Notes: a model not told the origin generated them from the sequence alone. 64,000 bases of DNA from Thermoplasmata archaeon (GCA_035632695.1 DASQGG010000167.1:120-64119); one strand, 5' to 3'. Positions 17,055-25,778 are shown, numbered from the stretch's first letter. Translations and numbers: made by a program.

Positions 17055-19382
17055 GTGCTCGCCTCCCTCGCGATCCCGGGGGGCGCGGCCGACGCGGCGC
17101 GCTCCGGCGCCTCGACGCGCGGGCTCACGGGCCACGCGCCGATCGACATCGAGGGCAACGCGGGGTTCAACGCCACGAACGGCGTCATGTCAGGGACCGG
17201 GAGCGCGACCGACCCCTACGTGATCTCGGGATGGTCGATTGCGACCGCGGGATCCATGGGCGTCCAGATTCGGAACACGGTCGCCCATGCGGTCCTGCGC
17301 GATCTCCAGGTGACGGGCGCCACCGTGGCGGCACTCTACTTCTACAACGTGGCGAACGTGACCCTGGCGAACGTGACCGCGAGCCTGAACCCGGGCGACG
17401 GGTTTCGTTTCGAATCGAGCCGCGACGTCGCGGTCGGGGGGAGCGACGCAACGGAGAACGCGAACGGCCTCGTCCTCCTGAACACGGTTCGGGCCGTGGT
17501 TCGAGGCACGAACTTCACCGCGAACACGGGCGATGGGGTCCTCCTCACCGGGTCGCCGAACGCCACCTTGCAGGGCAACCGGGTCGCCTACAACGGGTTC
17601 GGCGGCGGTCACGGCATTGAGCTCTCCTTCACCACGGGTGATGCGATTCGGGGGAACGCGTTCACGGGGAATGGTGTCTTCCTCGACGGCGATGCGCTCG
17701 GCTACTTCGACTCCCATGCGATCACGTCGGACAACCTGGTCGGCGGGCTCCCGATCCTCTACGAGAAGGGCCAGAACGGACTCGGACTTTCGGGGATGCA
17801 GGTGGGGCAGGTCCTGCTGGCCGGGTGCCTCCACACGCACCTGTCCAACCTGACCGCGACGGGAGCCGACGTGGGCATCCAGGTCGCGTTCGGCAACAAC
17901 GTGACGGTAGGGCCCGGCGTGACCGTATCCGATACCGCGGTCGGCGTCCAGGTGCTGCAATCTCCGGGGTTCCGGCTCCTGGGGAGCGCCCTTCTCGATA
18001 CCGCTACGGGGGTCCTGGTGCTGTCCTCAGGTAACGCCGCGATCCTCAACACGAAGATTTCCGCGCCGTTCGCGACCTCGGGACCCTACGACGGCGTCGT
18101 GATCCGGAACTCGGGCCTCGCAAACGTCTCGGGCAACCTGATCCGTCACCACCGGAACGCGATTGCAGTCTCGAATTCGGGCAACGCCACCCTGATGGAC
18201 AACGTGGCCCAGTTCAGCGTGGTCGGGTTGAACGTGTCGTCGTCCGCCCACCTTCGCGCGGCCGGGAACCTGATCGTCCAAGACTCCGCGGGGATCCGGC
18301 TCCAGAACGTGACCAACTCGACCTTCTCCGGGAACGCGGTCCTCGGGATCCTGGGCACGGGCGCGAACGTCTCCGGCTCCTCGAGCCTCAGGTTCGTCCA
18401 CAACACCTTCGGCGGCGCCCGCACCAACGCGTACGACGCCTGGGGTCCGAGCGACCGTTGGAACGCGAGCTATCCCACGGGCGGCAACTTCTGGGCCGAC
18501 TACCACGGCGTCGACCAGTGCCACGGCTCCCTGCAGAACGATTGCACGGGCGGCGACGGGATCGGCGACACGCCCTACCCGTTCGCCGTGAACGCGGAGG
18601 ACCGGTATCCTCTCATGGTGCCTCCCGTGAACGCGAGCCTGCCCCCGGAGGCGATCCTCGTGGTCGCGCCGCTCGAGGGTACCGTGCTTACACCGTTCGA
18701 GGCCACGGCGAACCTGTCTTCCGACTTCAAGGATTCCCTCGCGTCCCTTCAGGTGCGGTGGTCCTGGGACGACGGGCTGTCGTGGACCCCGTGGTCGACC
18801 GCAAAGTTCGTCTCCCACCGATTCGCCACCGTGGGCGCCCACACGGTCGACCTCGAGGTGCGGAACCGCGCCGGCCTCACGGACAACGCGACGGAGCGAG
18901 TGATCCTGGTCCCGAAGCCGGACACGGTGCCGCCGGCGATCCTGTTTTCGCCTCCCGCGAGCGCGAACGTGTACATGCCCATCCCGCTCGTCGCGAATCT
19001 CTCGGATCTCAGCGGCATTGCGAACGCCACGGTGCTCTTCCAGGGTGTGGACGGCGGACCGTTCCTTCCCCTGTCGATGCGGATCGAGAGCGGCGGCGAG
19101 AACTTCACGGCGACGGTCCCCGCGCAGTCCCACGCGGGCACGGTTGCCGTCGTCCTCTTTGCGAACGACACGTGGGCCAACGAAGCCCGCGCACCGCTCG
19201 TGGGTGCGTCGACAATCCGGATCGTGGACACGCAGACCCCGATTCTCATCGGGTTCGCCCTAGCCGCCTCCCTGATCGCCGCGGTCGCGGTCGTGTTCTT
19301 CCTTCTCCGGAGGAAGCGCAAGCGGCCGGCGGTCCCGCCCGCGGCTCCCGCCGAACCCGCGCGCCCACCCGAGAAGCCTTAA
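17055..19382 (+). CDS. surface protein with right-handed parallel beta-helix repeats (pectate-lyase/NosD-like) and a PKD domain, C-terminal TM anchor
   Basis: Repeating G-x-x-x-x-N-x-(V/I/L) rungs occur (NTVRAVVRGTNFTANTGDGVLLTGSPNATLQGNRV..). A PKD-like WSWDDGLSWTPW..HTVDLEVRNRAGLTDNATERVILV is present. The C-terminal TM ILIGFALAASLIAAVAVVFFLL is followed by RRKRKRP. The start is uncertain: only GTG 17055 is available, yet an in-frame signal-peptide-like ..RTLLIALALVLASLAIP.. lies upstream without a canonical start. Confidence 0.7.
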   Translation: MLASLAIPGGAADAARSGASTRGLTGHAPIDIEGNAGFNATNGVMSGTGSATDPYVISGWSIATAGSMGVQIRNTVAHAVLRDLQVTGATVAALYFYNVANVTLANVTASLNPGDGFRFESSRDVAVGGSDATENANGLVLLNTVRAVVRGTNFTANTGDGVLLTGSPNATLQGNRVAYNGFGGGHGIELSFTTGDAIRGNAFTGNGVFLDGDALGYFDSHAITSDNLVGGLPILYEKGQNGLGLSGMQVGQVLLAGCLHTHLSNLTATGADVGIQVAFGNNVTVGPGVTVSDTAVGVQVLQSPGFRLLGSALLDTATGVLVLSSGNAAILNTKISAPFATSGPYDGVVIRNSGLANVSGNLIRHHRNAIAVSNSGNATLMDNVAQFSVVGLNVSSSAHLRAAGNLIVQDSAGIRLQNVTNSTFSGNAVLGILGTGANVSGSSSLRFVHNTFGGARTNAYDAWGPSDRWNASYPTGGNFWADYHGVDQCHGSLQNDCTGGDGIGDTPYPFAVNAEDRYPLMVPPVNASLPPEAILVVAPLEGTVLTPFEATANLSSDFKDSLASLQVRWSWDDGLSWTPWSTAKFVSHRFATVGAHTVDLEVRNRAGLTDNATERVILVPKPDTVPPAILFSPPASANVYMPIPLVANLSDLSGIANATVLFQGVDGGPFLPLSMRIESGGENFTATVPAQSHAGTVAVVLFANDTWANEARAPLVGASTIRIVDTQTPILIGFALAASLIAAVAVVFFLLRRKRKRPAVPPAAPAEPARPPEKP

Positions 19383-19386
19383 ATAT
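19379..19386 (+). promoter_or_regulatory. TATA box (TTAAATAT) about 27 nt upstream of the rpS3Ae ATG; leaderless mRNA
   Basis: An A/T octamer in otherwise 67% GC DNA. The identical octamer precedes larA at the same spacing. Confidence 0.5.
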
Positions 19387-19412
19387 CCCCCGCCCATTCG
19401 AGCGGCTTACCC

Positions 19413-20186
19413 ATGCCGGAGAAGAAGTCCCGCGCCGCGGCACGCAAGATCAAGGACAAGTGGAAGGCGAAGGTCTGGTACAACCTGCTCGCCCCCGACA
19501 TGTTCAACAAGCAGCTCCTCGGCGAGACGCCCACGGACACGCCGGACAAGCTCGTCGGCCGCATCACGGAGGTCACGGTCCAGGACCTCACGGGGGACTT
19601 CAGCAAGATGCACATCAAACTCCTGTTCCGCGTGAACCAGGTCCAGGGGCAGGACGCACTCACCCAGTTCGTCGGGCATGACATGACGTCGGACTACATC
19701 CGCCGCCTCACGCGCCGGAAGCGCACGCGGACGGACCTCACGGTCGACGTGGCCACGAAGGACAACTGGCACATCCGCGTGAAGCCCATGGCGATCACGG
19801 ACCGCCGCATCCAGTCGTCCAAGCAGCGCGTGATCCGCGCCATCATGGCCAGGACGATTTCGGACACGGCCGCGAAGCAGAGCGTGGGCGAGTTCGTCAA
19901 GGGAATCATCTCCGGGGATCTCGCCAAGGCAATCGCCCTGGGCTGCAAGCCCATCCACCCTGTGTCGCGCGTCGAGGTGCGCAAGTCCGAGGTCACGACC
20001 ATGGGCGCGGTCCCCACGGAGCCCATCACGCCTCCCGCCGCGGAGGAGAAGCCAACGGAGGCGCCCGTGGAGCCGCCCGCCCCGGAAGCGCCGGCTCCCG
20101 CGCCCGCGGAGCCGAAGCCCCAGGAACCCACTCCGGAGGAACTCCCACCCGAGGAGATTCCGCCCGACCGACCCGGCGGGCTCTGA
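19413..20186 (+). CDS. rps3ae: 30S ribosomal protein S3Ae (S1e)
   Basis: N-terminus KKSRAAARKIKDKWKAKVWYNLLAPDMF and the rest match the archaeal S3Ae family. An unusual Pro/Glu/Ala-rich C-terminal tail of about 55 aa follows. Confidence 0.9.
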   Translation: MPEKKSRAAARKIKDKWKAKVWYNLLAPDMFNKQLLGETPTDTPDKLVGRITEVTVQDLTGDFSKMHIKLLFRVNQVQGQDALTQFVGHDMTSDYIRRLTRRKRTRTDLTVDVATKDNWHIRVKPMAITDRRIQSSKQRVIRAIMARTISDTAAKQSVGEFVKGIISGDLAKAIALGCKPIHPVSRVEVRKSEVTTMGAVPTEPITPPAAEEKPTEAPVEPPAPEAPAPAPAEPKPQEPTPEELPPEEIPPDRPGGL

Positions 20187-20243
20187 GTCTGCGTCCGTGC
20201 AAAATGGGGAAGGACCGGCTCCCGTCGGGCCGGTCGTCCTCGG

Positions 20244-22376
20244 TCACGAGACGGTCGTCGGCACCCACGCCTCCAACGGCTGGGTTCCGGCGTCCGTGGT
20301 TCCTGGCGAGTTGGGATCGGGGCCCGAGTACTCGTAGACGATCCATTCGTGGCTCACGATGCTCCCGTCCGGCGCGTACACGGTCTTCTCGGCACGGAAG
20401 GAAATCGTGACGTTCCGGAACTGGCCGGTGGAGTTCGCGTCCACGTACCGCGCCTCGTAGCTGAGGGACTCGGTCATCTCGAGCGTGCCGTTCTGCGCCT
20501 TCTGGACCACGGACCCGCTCGCGGTGACGTTCACGTACTCCGGCTGGCCGTCGTCGTTCGCGTCCGTGTACTGCACGTAGAGGTCGAAGGAGGCCTGATA
20601 CTCCGCGACGCCGTCGTGGTTCAGGTCCACCACGTCGGTCGCGTGGACCGTGAGGTTCGCGGATTCCGCGTGGCCGTCCGAGTTCGCGTCCACCGCGACG
20701 AAGTCCAGGGTGACGCCTCGAGTCTCGTCCGTGATGCCGTCCCCGTTCAGATCGATGGTCTCCGTCGCCACGTAGTGTAGCTCGACGCGGTCCGGGTGCT
20801 CCGCGCCCAAGTCGTTCAGCACGAGGGCGTCCAGCGTGGCGTAGGCGTGCGCCACCGTGCCGTTCGCAACGACGAGGGCCTCGGCCTGGAGATGCAACGT
20901 GGCCTTCTCCACGACGCCGCTGGAGTCGTTGTCGTAGGCGGTGTACACGCCGTCCAGCGTGGCGTTCACGTGGGGCCGCCCGTCGCTCACGTTCCGCAGG
21001 GCGGCCGCGTGGAGCGTGAGTTGCAGGAACTCGGGATGGCCGTCGCCGTTCGCGTCCATCGCCACGCCGGCGATCTCGAGCGCCGTGCGGTACTCGAGAC
21101 TGCCGTTTCCCTGCGGATCCGCCCAGCCGTACACGTAGATGTGCAAGTCCGTGCGCGTCGGGTTCGGGAGGTCCCCGGGGTTCGAGGCGTTCAGGGCGAA
21201 CTCGAGACCGCGCGCGAGTTCCGGCCGCCCATCCCGGTCTCGGTCCAGGGCCTCATAGCCCGTCGCCGTGACGTTGGCCGTCTCGTTGCGGCCGTCGTGG
21301 TTCGCATCGACCGTGTGCGCCGCGATCTCCAGGACGCCCTCGTATTCCTTTCCGCCGTCGTCGTGGAGGTCGTACGTCTGGTACACGCGGAGGGAGACGT
21401 TCGCGGTGTTGGGCACGCCCGCGCTCAGGTTGGTCACGGTCTCGAGGTGGGCGGTCACCGTGCGCACGAACTCCGCGTTCCCGTTCCCATTCCGATCGAA
21501 CGACTGCATGCCTGCAAACGTGACGCGGGCGAACTCGGGCTTGCCGTCCTCATCCGCGTCGCGTACGCTCAGGGTCCACGAGGCGAGGGCGTGGTACTGC
21601 CAGGTGCCGTGAAGCGGACCCGCGTAGGCCTCGAGTCCCTGTCGGGCTTCCAAGGCGTTGAAGACCCCGCTGGAGTCGTTGTCCCAGAGCTGGACGTCGC
21701 GGGCCACCGTGGCCTTCGCGATCACGACGTCGTTGCGGGTGACCGTGCAGGTCCCGAGCATCTTGATGTCGACGTATTCCGGATGGCCGTCGTGGTCCTT
21801 GTCCGAGGAGGTAACCTCCTTGGTCCACGTGCACGCGCTCTCGTTCACCGTGGGATCCAGGAAGTGGGCCACGTCGGGCGCGCCGGTCACGTTGCCCGCG
21901 TCCCGCGGCAGGACGCCCAGGCCGAAGGAGTCCAGGGGGTTCGCGGTCAGGTTGTCCCTCGTTTCGTTCAGCTCCAGAATCGCCGGACTGGAGGTGCCCA
22001 CGGGATCCGCGCCAGCGGACGAGCCGCTCCCGACCGTGGTCGTCGCGTTCGCGGGGGGCGCGGTTGGCGGCGCGGTCCGGGCGGTCGCCTGGGGCGGCGA
22101 GGGGGTCGCACCCGGAACCGCCGCGGCGGCGAGCATGACCTGGCCCGCGTTCGCGTCGCCGGCGCTCTGGGCGGTCAGGGAGGTCCCGGTCGACGCGGGC
22201 TGGAAGCCCAGGAGCCGCAGGAACGTGGGATTTCGGCCGAGGCCTCCCTGGAGGAGGGAAGGGCCGAACGCGGCGGTCACGGCCACGGCTCCCAGCACGA
22301 TCGCGATCACGAGGTACAGGACACGGGGCGGACGTCGAGAGACGCAGAGGGCTTGCATCGGTCGCACCTTGCCCAT
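20244..22376 (-). CDS. secreted/anchored repeat protein with 10 or more DxNxDG-type calcium-binding loops (EF-hand/thrombospondin-3-like)
   Basis: N-terminal signal/anchor (RPPRVLYLVIAIVLGAVAVTAAF). Reiterated about 40-aa units carry loops VDANHDGRNE, MDANGDGHPE, VDANSDGHAE, VDLNHDGVAE, TDANDDGQPE, IDLNGDGITDE, FDRNGNGNAE, LDRDRDGRPE, DADEDGKPE, SDKDHDGHPE. The protein is N-x-S/T rich. Confidence 0.7.
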   Translation of the reverse strand: MGKVRPMQALCVSRRPPRVLYLVIAIVLGAVAVTAAFGPSLLQGGLGRNPTFLRLLGFQPASTGTSLTAQSAGDANAGQVMLAAAAVPGATPSPPQATARTAPPTAPPANATTTVGSGSSAGADPVGTSSPAILELNETRDNLTANPLDSFGLGVLPRDAGNVTGAPDVAHFLDPTVNESACTWTKEVTSSDKDHDGHPEYVDIKMLGTCTVTRNDVVIAKATVARDVQLWDNDSSGVFNALEARQGLEAYAGPLHGTWQYHALASWTLSVRDADEDGKPEFARVTFAGMQSFDRNGNGNAEFVRTVTAHLETVTNLSAGVPNTANVSLRVYQTYDLHDDGGKEYEGVLEIAAHTVDANHDGRNETANVTATGYEALDRDRDGRPELARGLEFALNASNPGDLPNPTRTDLHIYVYGWADPQGNGSLEYRTALEIAGVAMDANGDGHPEFLQLTLHAAALRNVSDGRPHVNATLDGVYTAYDNDSSGVVEKATLHLQAEALVVANGTVAHAYATLDALVLNDLGAEHPDRVELHYVATETIDLNGDGITDETRGVTLDFVAVDANSDGHAESANLTVHATDVVDLNHDGVAEYQASFDLYVQYTDANDDGQPEYVNVTASGSVVQKAQNGTLEMTESLSYEARYVDANSTGQFRNVTISFRAEKTVYAPDGSIVSHEWIVYEYSGPDPNSPGTTDAGTQPLEAWVPTTVS

Positions 22377-22501
22377 GCGATTCCACGCGCAGGGGATATC
22401 CGGACGGGCAAGAGTCTTCCCGATGGCTTTATGAGGTCCTCCGTTCGACCCGTCCTGCGGAACGCATTAAGTAGCCCCGTTCCGGTGCCGCGGCTGTCCT
22501 C

Positions 22502-22885
22502 ATGCCCTCCCGGCCGTACAAGGACCTCGTGATCTACGGATGCTTCGTCCTGAACCGGCTCGTCGCGGACCTCGGGATTGACTTGTACCAGGACGACCTG
22601 GAGGCCAAGCTCGATCCGCTCCTGCCGCGGCAGGCGGGAATTTCCAAGGAGCAGGTGAAGCGCGAGATCAAGTCGAACCACTTCATGACGGAGCGCGTCC
22701 TCGAGGCGCTGGTCAAGGAGGGCCACGTGACGGTCGAGGAGGCGGAGGGCCACTACCGCGTGAAGATCACCAAGGCGGGCGTAGTCCACATCCGCAAGTA
22801 CAATGAATTCTACCGCAAGATTTACGAGGAGCAAATCCGGGACCACTATCGGTTTACCAAAGCGCCGTTCTGGCTCCAGGAGTAA
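22502..22885 (+). CDS. hypothetical protein, possible winged-helix domain
   Basis: 127-aa ORF with a C-terminal segment ..MTERVLEALVKEGHVTVEEAEGHYRVKITKAGV.. that looks like helix-turn-helix plus wing. The assignment is weak. Confidence 0.4.
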   Translation: MPSRPYKDLVIYGCFVLNRLVADLGIDLYQDDLEAKLDPLLPRQAGISKEQVKREIKSNHFMTERVLEALVKEGHVTVEEAEGHYRVKITKAGVVHIRKYNEFYRKIYEEQIRDHYRFTKAPFWLQE

Positions 22886-22891
22886 CGCGCC

Positions 22892-24046
22892 TCACGCCTT
22901 CGCGGGCGGAGGAGGAGTGGGGGACAACCCGAGGGCGGGCTCGACGACGACGGGGATGAAGTCGTACGTGCCATCTTCCCCTTCGCGCGCGAGCTCGAGG
23001 GAGCAGACGAACGTGGAGCCGCGGATCGTGACTCGGATCGCATCCTTTGTGACGAGGTCGTAGACGTCGGGAGCGATCGTCTCCGTTCCCTTGCCCTTCC
23101 AAATCGCGAGGACGCGCGCAGGAGGGATCCGCGTGGCCAGGCAGACGTCCGCGACCGCGGTTTTCAACGCCTGCACATCGGCGATGGTGGGCGTGTGGTC
23201 GAACGTCTTCGCGAAGATCGCGAAGCCCGGGTCGCCGAACCCGGTGTACCGCCGCACGGCGGACGGTGTGGCGCGGAGGTAGCCGTCGAAGGAGTACGTC
23301 AGGCCGCTCTTTCCCGTGAGCAGGGCCGGCGTCGCGAGGGCTCCCGGGATTGCCGCGACCGCGCGCACGTCGGGGCTCGAGGCCGCCAGGTGGCTGAAGA
23401 TTCGGCTGACGGAATCCTTCCCTTCCGGGATGTAGACCACGGGGTCCGAGCTGCGGAGGCGTTGAATGACCCGGTGCCGCAGGGCGAAGTAGTCGAAGAA
23501 TCCGCGGAGGTCACGAAGCAGCTCTAGGATGAGGAAGCCGAGGAAGAACAAGACTTCGAGGACCGTCCCGATGATCAGGGTGCCGCGGAACGAGAGGACT
23601 TGGAGCACGCCGAAGACGAGCGCGGCGGCGAACACGACGGACCGGCTCGTGGGGGTGCTCGTGTAGCGCAGGGCGAAGAGAAGGCCAACGACGGGGGCGA
23701 ACAGGACGAGCGTCAAGCCCTTGTCCTCGGACATCAGAATCATGATGAAGAAATCGAGGACCAACCAGACCAGCACGAACCACCACACGTACCGCAGCAT
23801 GCGTCGAATCTTCGGCGTCTGGCGATTCACGGACTCCGCCAGATCGAACGTTGCGGCGATGGGGTCCTCGACAGCGCGTGCGTCCCGTGACGCGTATTCC
23901 GGGTCCACGTGGAACTCACGATTTCGCAGGTATTTAATGGGGTCGGGAAGATCGACGCCTTGACTGGACCGCCTGTGCTCAACGGAGCGAGCGTAGCGGT
24001 CCGGACCAATTCCCTCCAGGCTCACGGGAACTTCCGTTTCGCCCAT
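22892..24046 (-). CDS. hypothetical membrane protein (4-5 TM N-terminal region plus about 200-aa cytoplasmic domain)
   Basis: 384-aa ORF. TM helices are VWWFVLVWLVLDFFIMILM, LVLFAPVVGLLFAL, VVFAAALVFGVLQVL and VLEVLFFLGFLILELL. Its 3' end overlaps the next gene by 25 nt. Confidence 0.5.
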   Translation of the reverse strand: MGETEVPVSLEGIGPDRYARSVEHRRSSQGVDLPDPIKYLRNREFHVDPEYASRDARAVEDPIAATFDLAESVNRQTPKIRRMLRYVWWFVLVWLVLDFFIMILMSEDKGLTLVLFAPVVGLLFALRYTSTPTSRSVVFAAALVFGVLQVLSFRGTLIIGTVLEVLFFLGFLILELLRDLRGFFDYFALRHRVIQRLRSSDPVVYIPEGKDSVSRIFSHLAASSPDVRAVAAIPGALATPALLTGKSGLTYSFDGYLRATPSAVRRYTGFGDPGFAIFAKTFDHTPTIADVQALKTAVADVCLATRIPPARVLAIWKGKGTETIAPDVYDLVTKDAIRVTIRGSTFVCSLELAREGEDGTYDFIPVVVEPALGLSPTPPPPAKA

Positions 24047-24906
24047 GCGATGAGAGGACGCCAGGAACCCTCGGGGAACACCGCATGCCTTGCCCCCGGA
24101 ATGACCAAGAATTCCTTGTCGTCACACTCGATGCCGTCCAAGAGTGCACGTGTCGATTCCACGGGAAAGAGCTCGTCCTGGTCCCCGACTCCCACGAGGC
24201 TTGGGACTTGGAGCTTCCGGCGGAATCGCAGGTTCGGGGAGTCCAGCTGCCCTTCTCGGAACATCCGTGCCACCGCGAGCGCGGGCGCTCCGAACAGGAT
24301 CGACATGAAGCGGGCGGAATACTCGAAGTTGAAGAGGGGATCCCCTTCGCCCGTCATCCCGGCACGGCGGTACTCGATGAGGGGTCGGCCCCGGAGCAAG
24401 GAGACGCCGATCAGGGTCTTGACGAGCGCGCGGCCTTTCGGCTTCGCATACACGCCGCGTCGGAGTTGGCGTCCCGCGCTGATCAGGACGAGCCCGTCGA
24501 TTCGGTCGGGGAACGCGTTCGCGGCGACGACGGCATTCAGGGCTCCGAGACTGTGGCCCAGTAGTACGGTCTTCGGAACCTGGGTCCTCATGAAGGCGAG
24601 GGCCTCACCGAGGTCCGCCAGCAACCGGTCGCGGCTGGGATAGTCTCCGCGGCGGCCGTCCGAGAGACCGTGGCCCCGCAGATCGAGGCCGTACACGGGA
24701 AAGCCGGCGGCGGCGAGCTCCTTGGACAGCAGCCCCCCATACGGCCCGCTGTGCGCGGTGATGCCGTGGAGCACGAGGAACGCGGTGCTGGAGCGCGCGG
24801 CGGTGTCCCATCGTCGAAGGAACAAGACCTTCCCATCCGACGCGTGGACGAGCTCGTGGGGTTCCGTGAACCCCTCACGCAACTGCGCCACGTCGACGCG
24901 AACCAC
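24022..24906 (-). CDS. alpha/beta-hydrolase (lysophospholipase / monoacylglycerol-lipase-like)
   Basis: Nucleophile elbow GHSLG, an HG oxyanion motif (LHGITAHSGPYG), and a length of 294 aa fit the Hydrolase_4/MGL family. Confidence 0.8.
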   Translation of the reverse strand: MVRVDVAQLREGFTEPHELVHASDGKVLFLRRWDTAARSSTAFLVLHGITAHSGPYGGLLSKELAAAGFPVYGLDLRGHGLSDGRRGDYPSRDRLLADLGEALAFMRTQVPKTVLLGHSLGALNAVVAANAFPDRIDGLVLISAGRQLRRGVYAKPKGRALVKTLIGVSLLRGRPLIEYRRAGMTGEGDPLFNFEYSARFMSILFGAPALAVARMFREGQLDSPNLRFRRKLQVPSLVGVGDQDELFPVESTRALLDGIECDDKEFLVIPGARHAVFPEGSWRPLIAWAKRKFP

Positions 24907-25115
24907 ACCTCACCAACCCGGGGACCGCACGGGGTTCCCGAGTCCATCGGGACAGCGGCGAACCGCATGAGCTTTCTGGCCGGCCACGTGCGGATGTTGC
25001 CGCGCGAATTTCCGTGGTTCGTGGATTCGCGGGTCGGGCTGCGCGGGGGCGCGGTTCGGAGGAAATGCGGAAACACGAATCGCGAAGCGAGTCGCTGCCG
25101 CGGTCGCCCCGCATG

Positions 25116-25123
25116 CTTTATTA
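25116..25123 (+). promoter_or_regulatory. TATA box (CTTTATTA) 24 nt upstream of the tRNA 5' end
   Basis: An AT-rich octamer at canonical archaeal spacing from the mature tRNA start. Confidence 0.5.
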
Positions 25124-25146
25124 CACGCCGGTCCATGGGCCGGGCC

Positions 25147-25258
25147 GTCGGGGTGGCTCAGCCTGGTGGAGCGTCGGACTCATAGGGTGATGCCGCCGTC
25201 CAGACCACGGCGCTCCTGAGGCATCCGGAGGTCGCGGGTTCAACTCCCGCCCCCGACA
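25147..25258 (+). tRNA. tRNA-Met (anticodon CAU; elongator type, or tRNA-Ile2 if C34 is agmatinylated) with a 38-nt intron after position 37
   Basis: The structure was folded by hand. The acceptor stem is GTCGGGG / CCCCGAC with discriminator A, and U8 is present. The D-stem is GCTC / GAGC. The anticodon stem is TCGGA / TCCGG with one G-U pair, and the loop CTCATA+A gives anticodon CAT. The T-arm is GCGGG-TTCAACT-CCCGC. Exons are 25147-25184 and 25223-25258; the intron is 25185-25222 (GGGTGATGCCGCCGTCCAGACCACGGCGCTCCTGAGGC). G1-C72 means it is not an initiator. Confidence 0.8.
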
Positions 25259-25265
25259 TTCACCG

Positions 25266-25778
25266 TCAACCGGGATCGGGCATGCGCTTCGGAATCACCC
25301 AGGGGACCTCGGCGGCGAACTCGAGCTGAACGACGGGCTTGTCGCGGAAGGGCTTCGGGGTGCGCGTGAGACGCGTCGTGAAGCCCATCCGGAACGTGGG
25401 CGTCAGGAATTCCGTGGCCTCGCGATCGTTCATCAGCCCCCCGCCCGGTTTCGGTTTCCAGAAATCCGAGCCGGACACGAGCTTCCCGATGAGCGCGAAG
25501 GATCCGGTGTAGAAGTACGTGTCGCGACCGAGCGGCTCGACGGGGATCACCTCCTGCTCCAGGGCCGGCGTAATACCGAGGCGCTGCATGAGGTCCGTCG
25601 CCTCGACCGGGTACGTGGTCGGGCGCGCCTGCGCGAAGTTCCGACAATGCACGCACCCGCAGAACTCGGGCCAACCGATGCCGATGCTCGCGTACGCGTC
25701 GTGCGTGCCGAGCGCGTCTGCGGCAAGCTCCCACCGGCGGAATCGGACGGTCTGCAGCCGCACGGTCCCGTGAACCAC
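25266..25778 (-). CDS. hypothetical protein
   Basis: 170-aa ORF (..GWPEFCGCVHCRNFAQARP..) with no recognised family. Its codon usage is consistent with its neighbours. Confidence 0.45.
   Translation of the reverse strand: MVHGTVRLQTVRFRRWELAADALGTHDAYASIGIGWPEFCGCVHCRNFAQARPTTYPVEATDLMQRLGITPALEQEVIPVEPLGRDTYFYTGSFALIGKLVSGSDFWKPKPGGGLMNDREATEFLTPTFRMGFTTRLTRTPKPFRDKPVVQLEFAAEVPWVIPKRMPDPG

Noticed and set aside
16889-17620. 243-aa Arg/Gly-rich plus-strand ORF (alternate frame) starting upstream of the beta-helix gene
   Set aside because: It overlaps the beta-helix/PKD gene in another frame and has no signal peptide or domain. It was considered as a possible true start of the surface protein via frameshift but is not supported.
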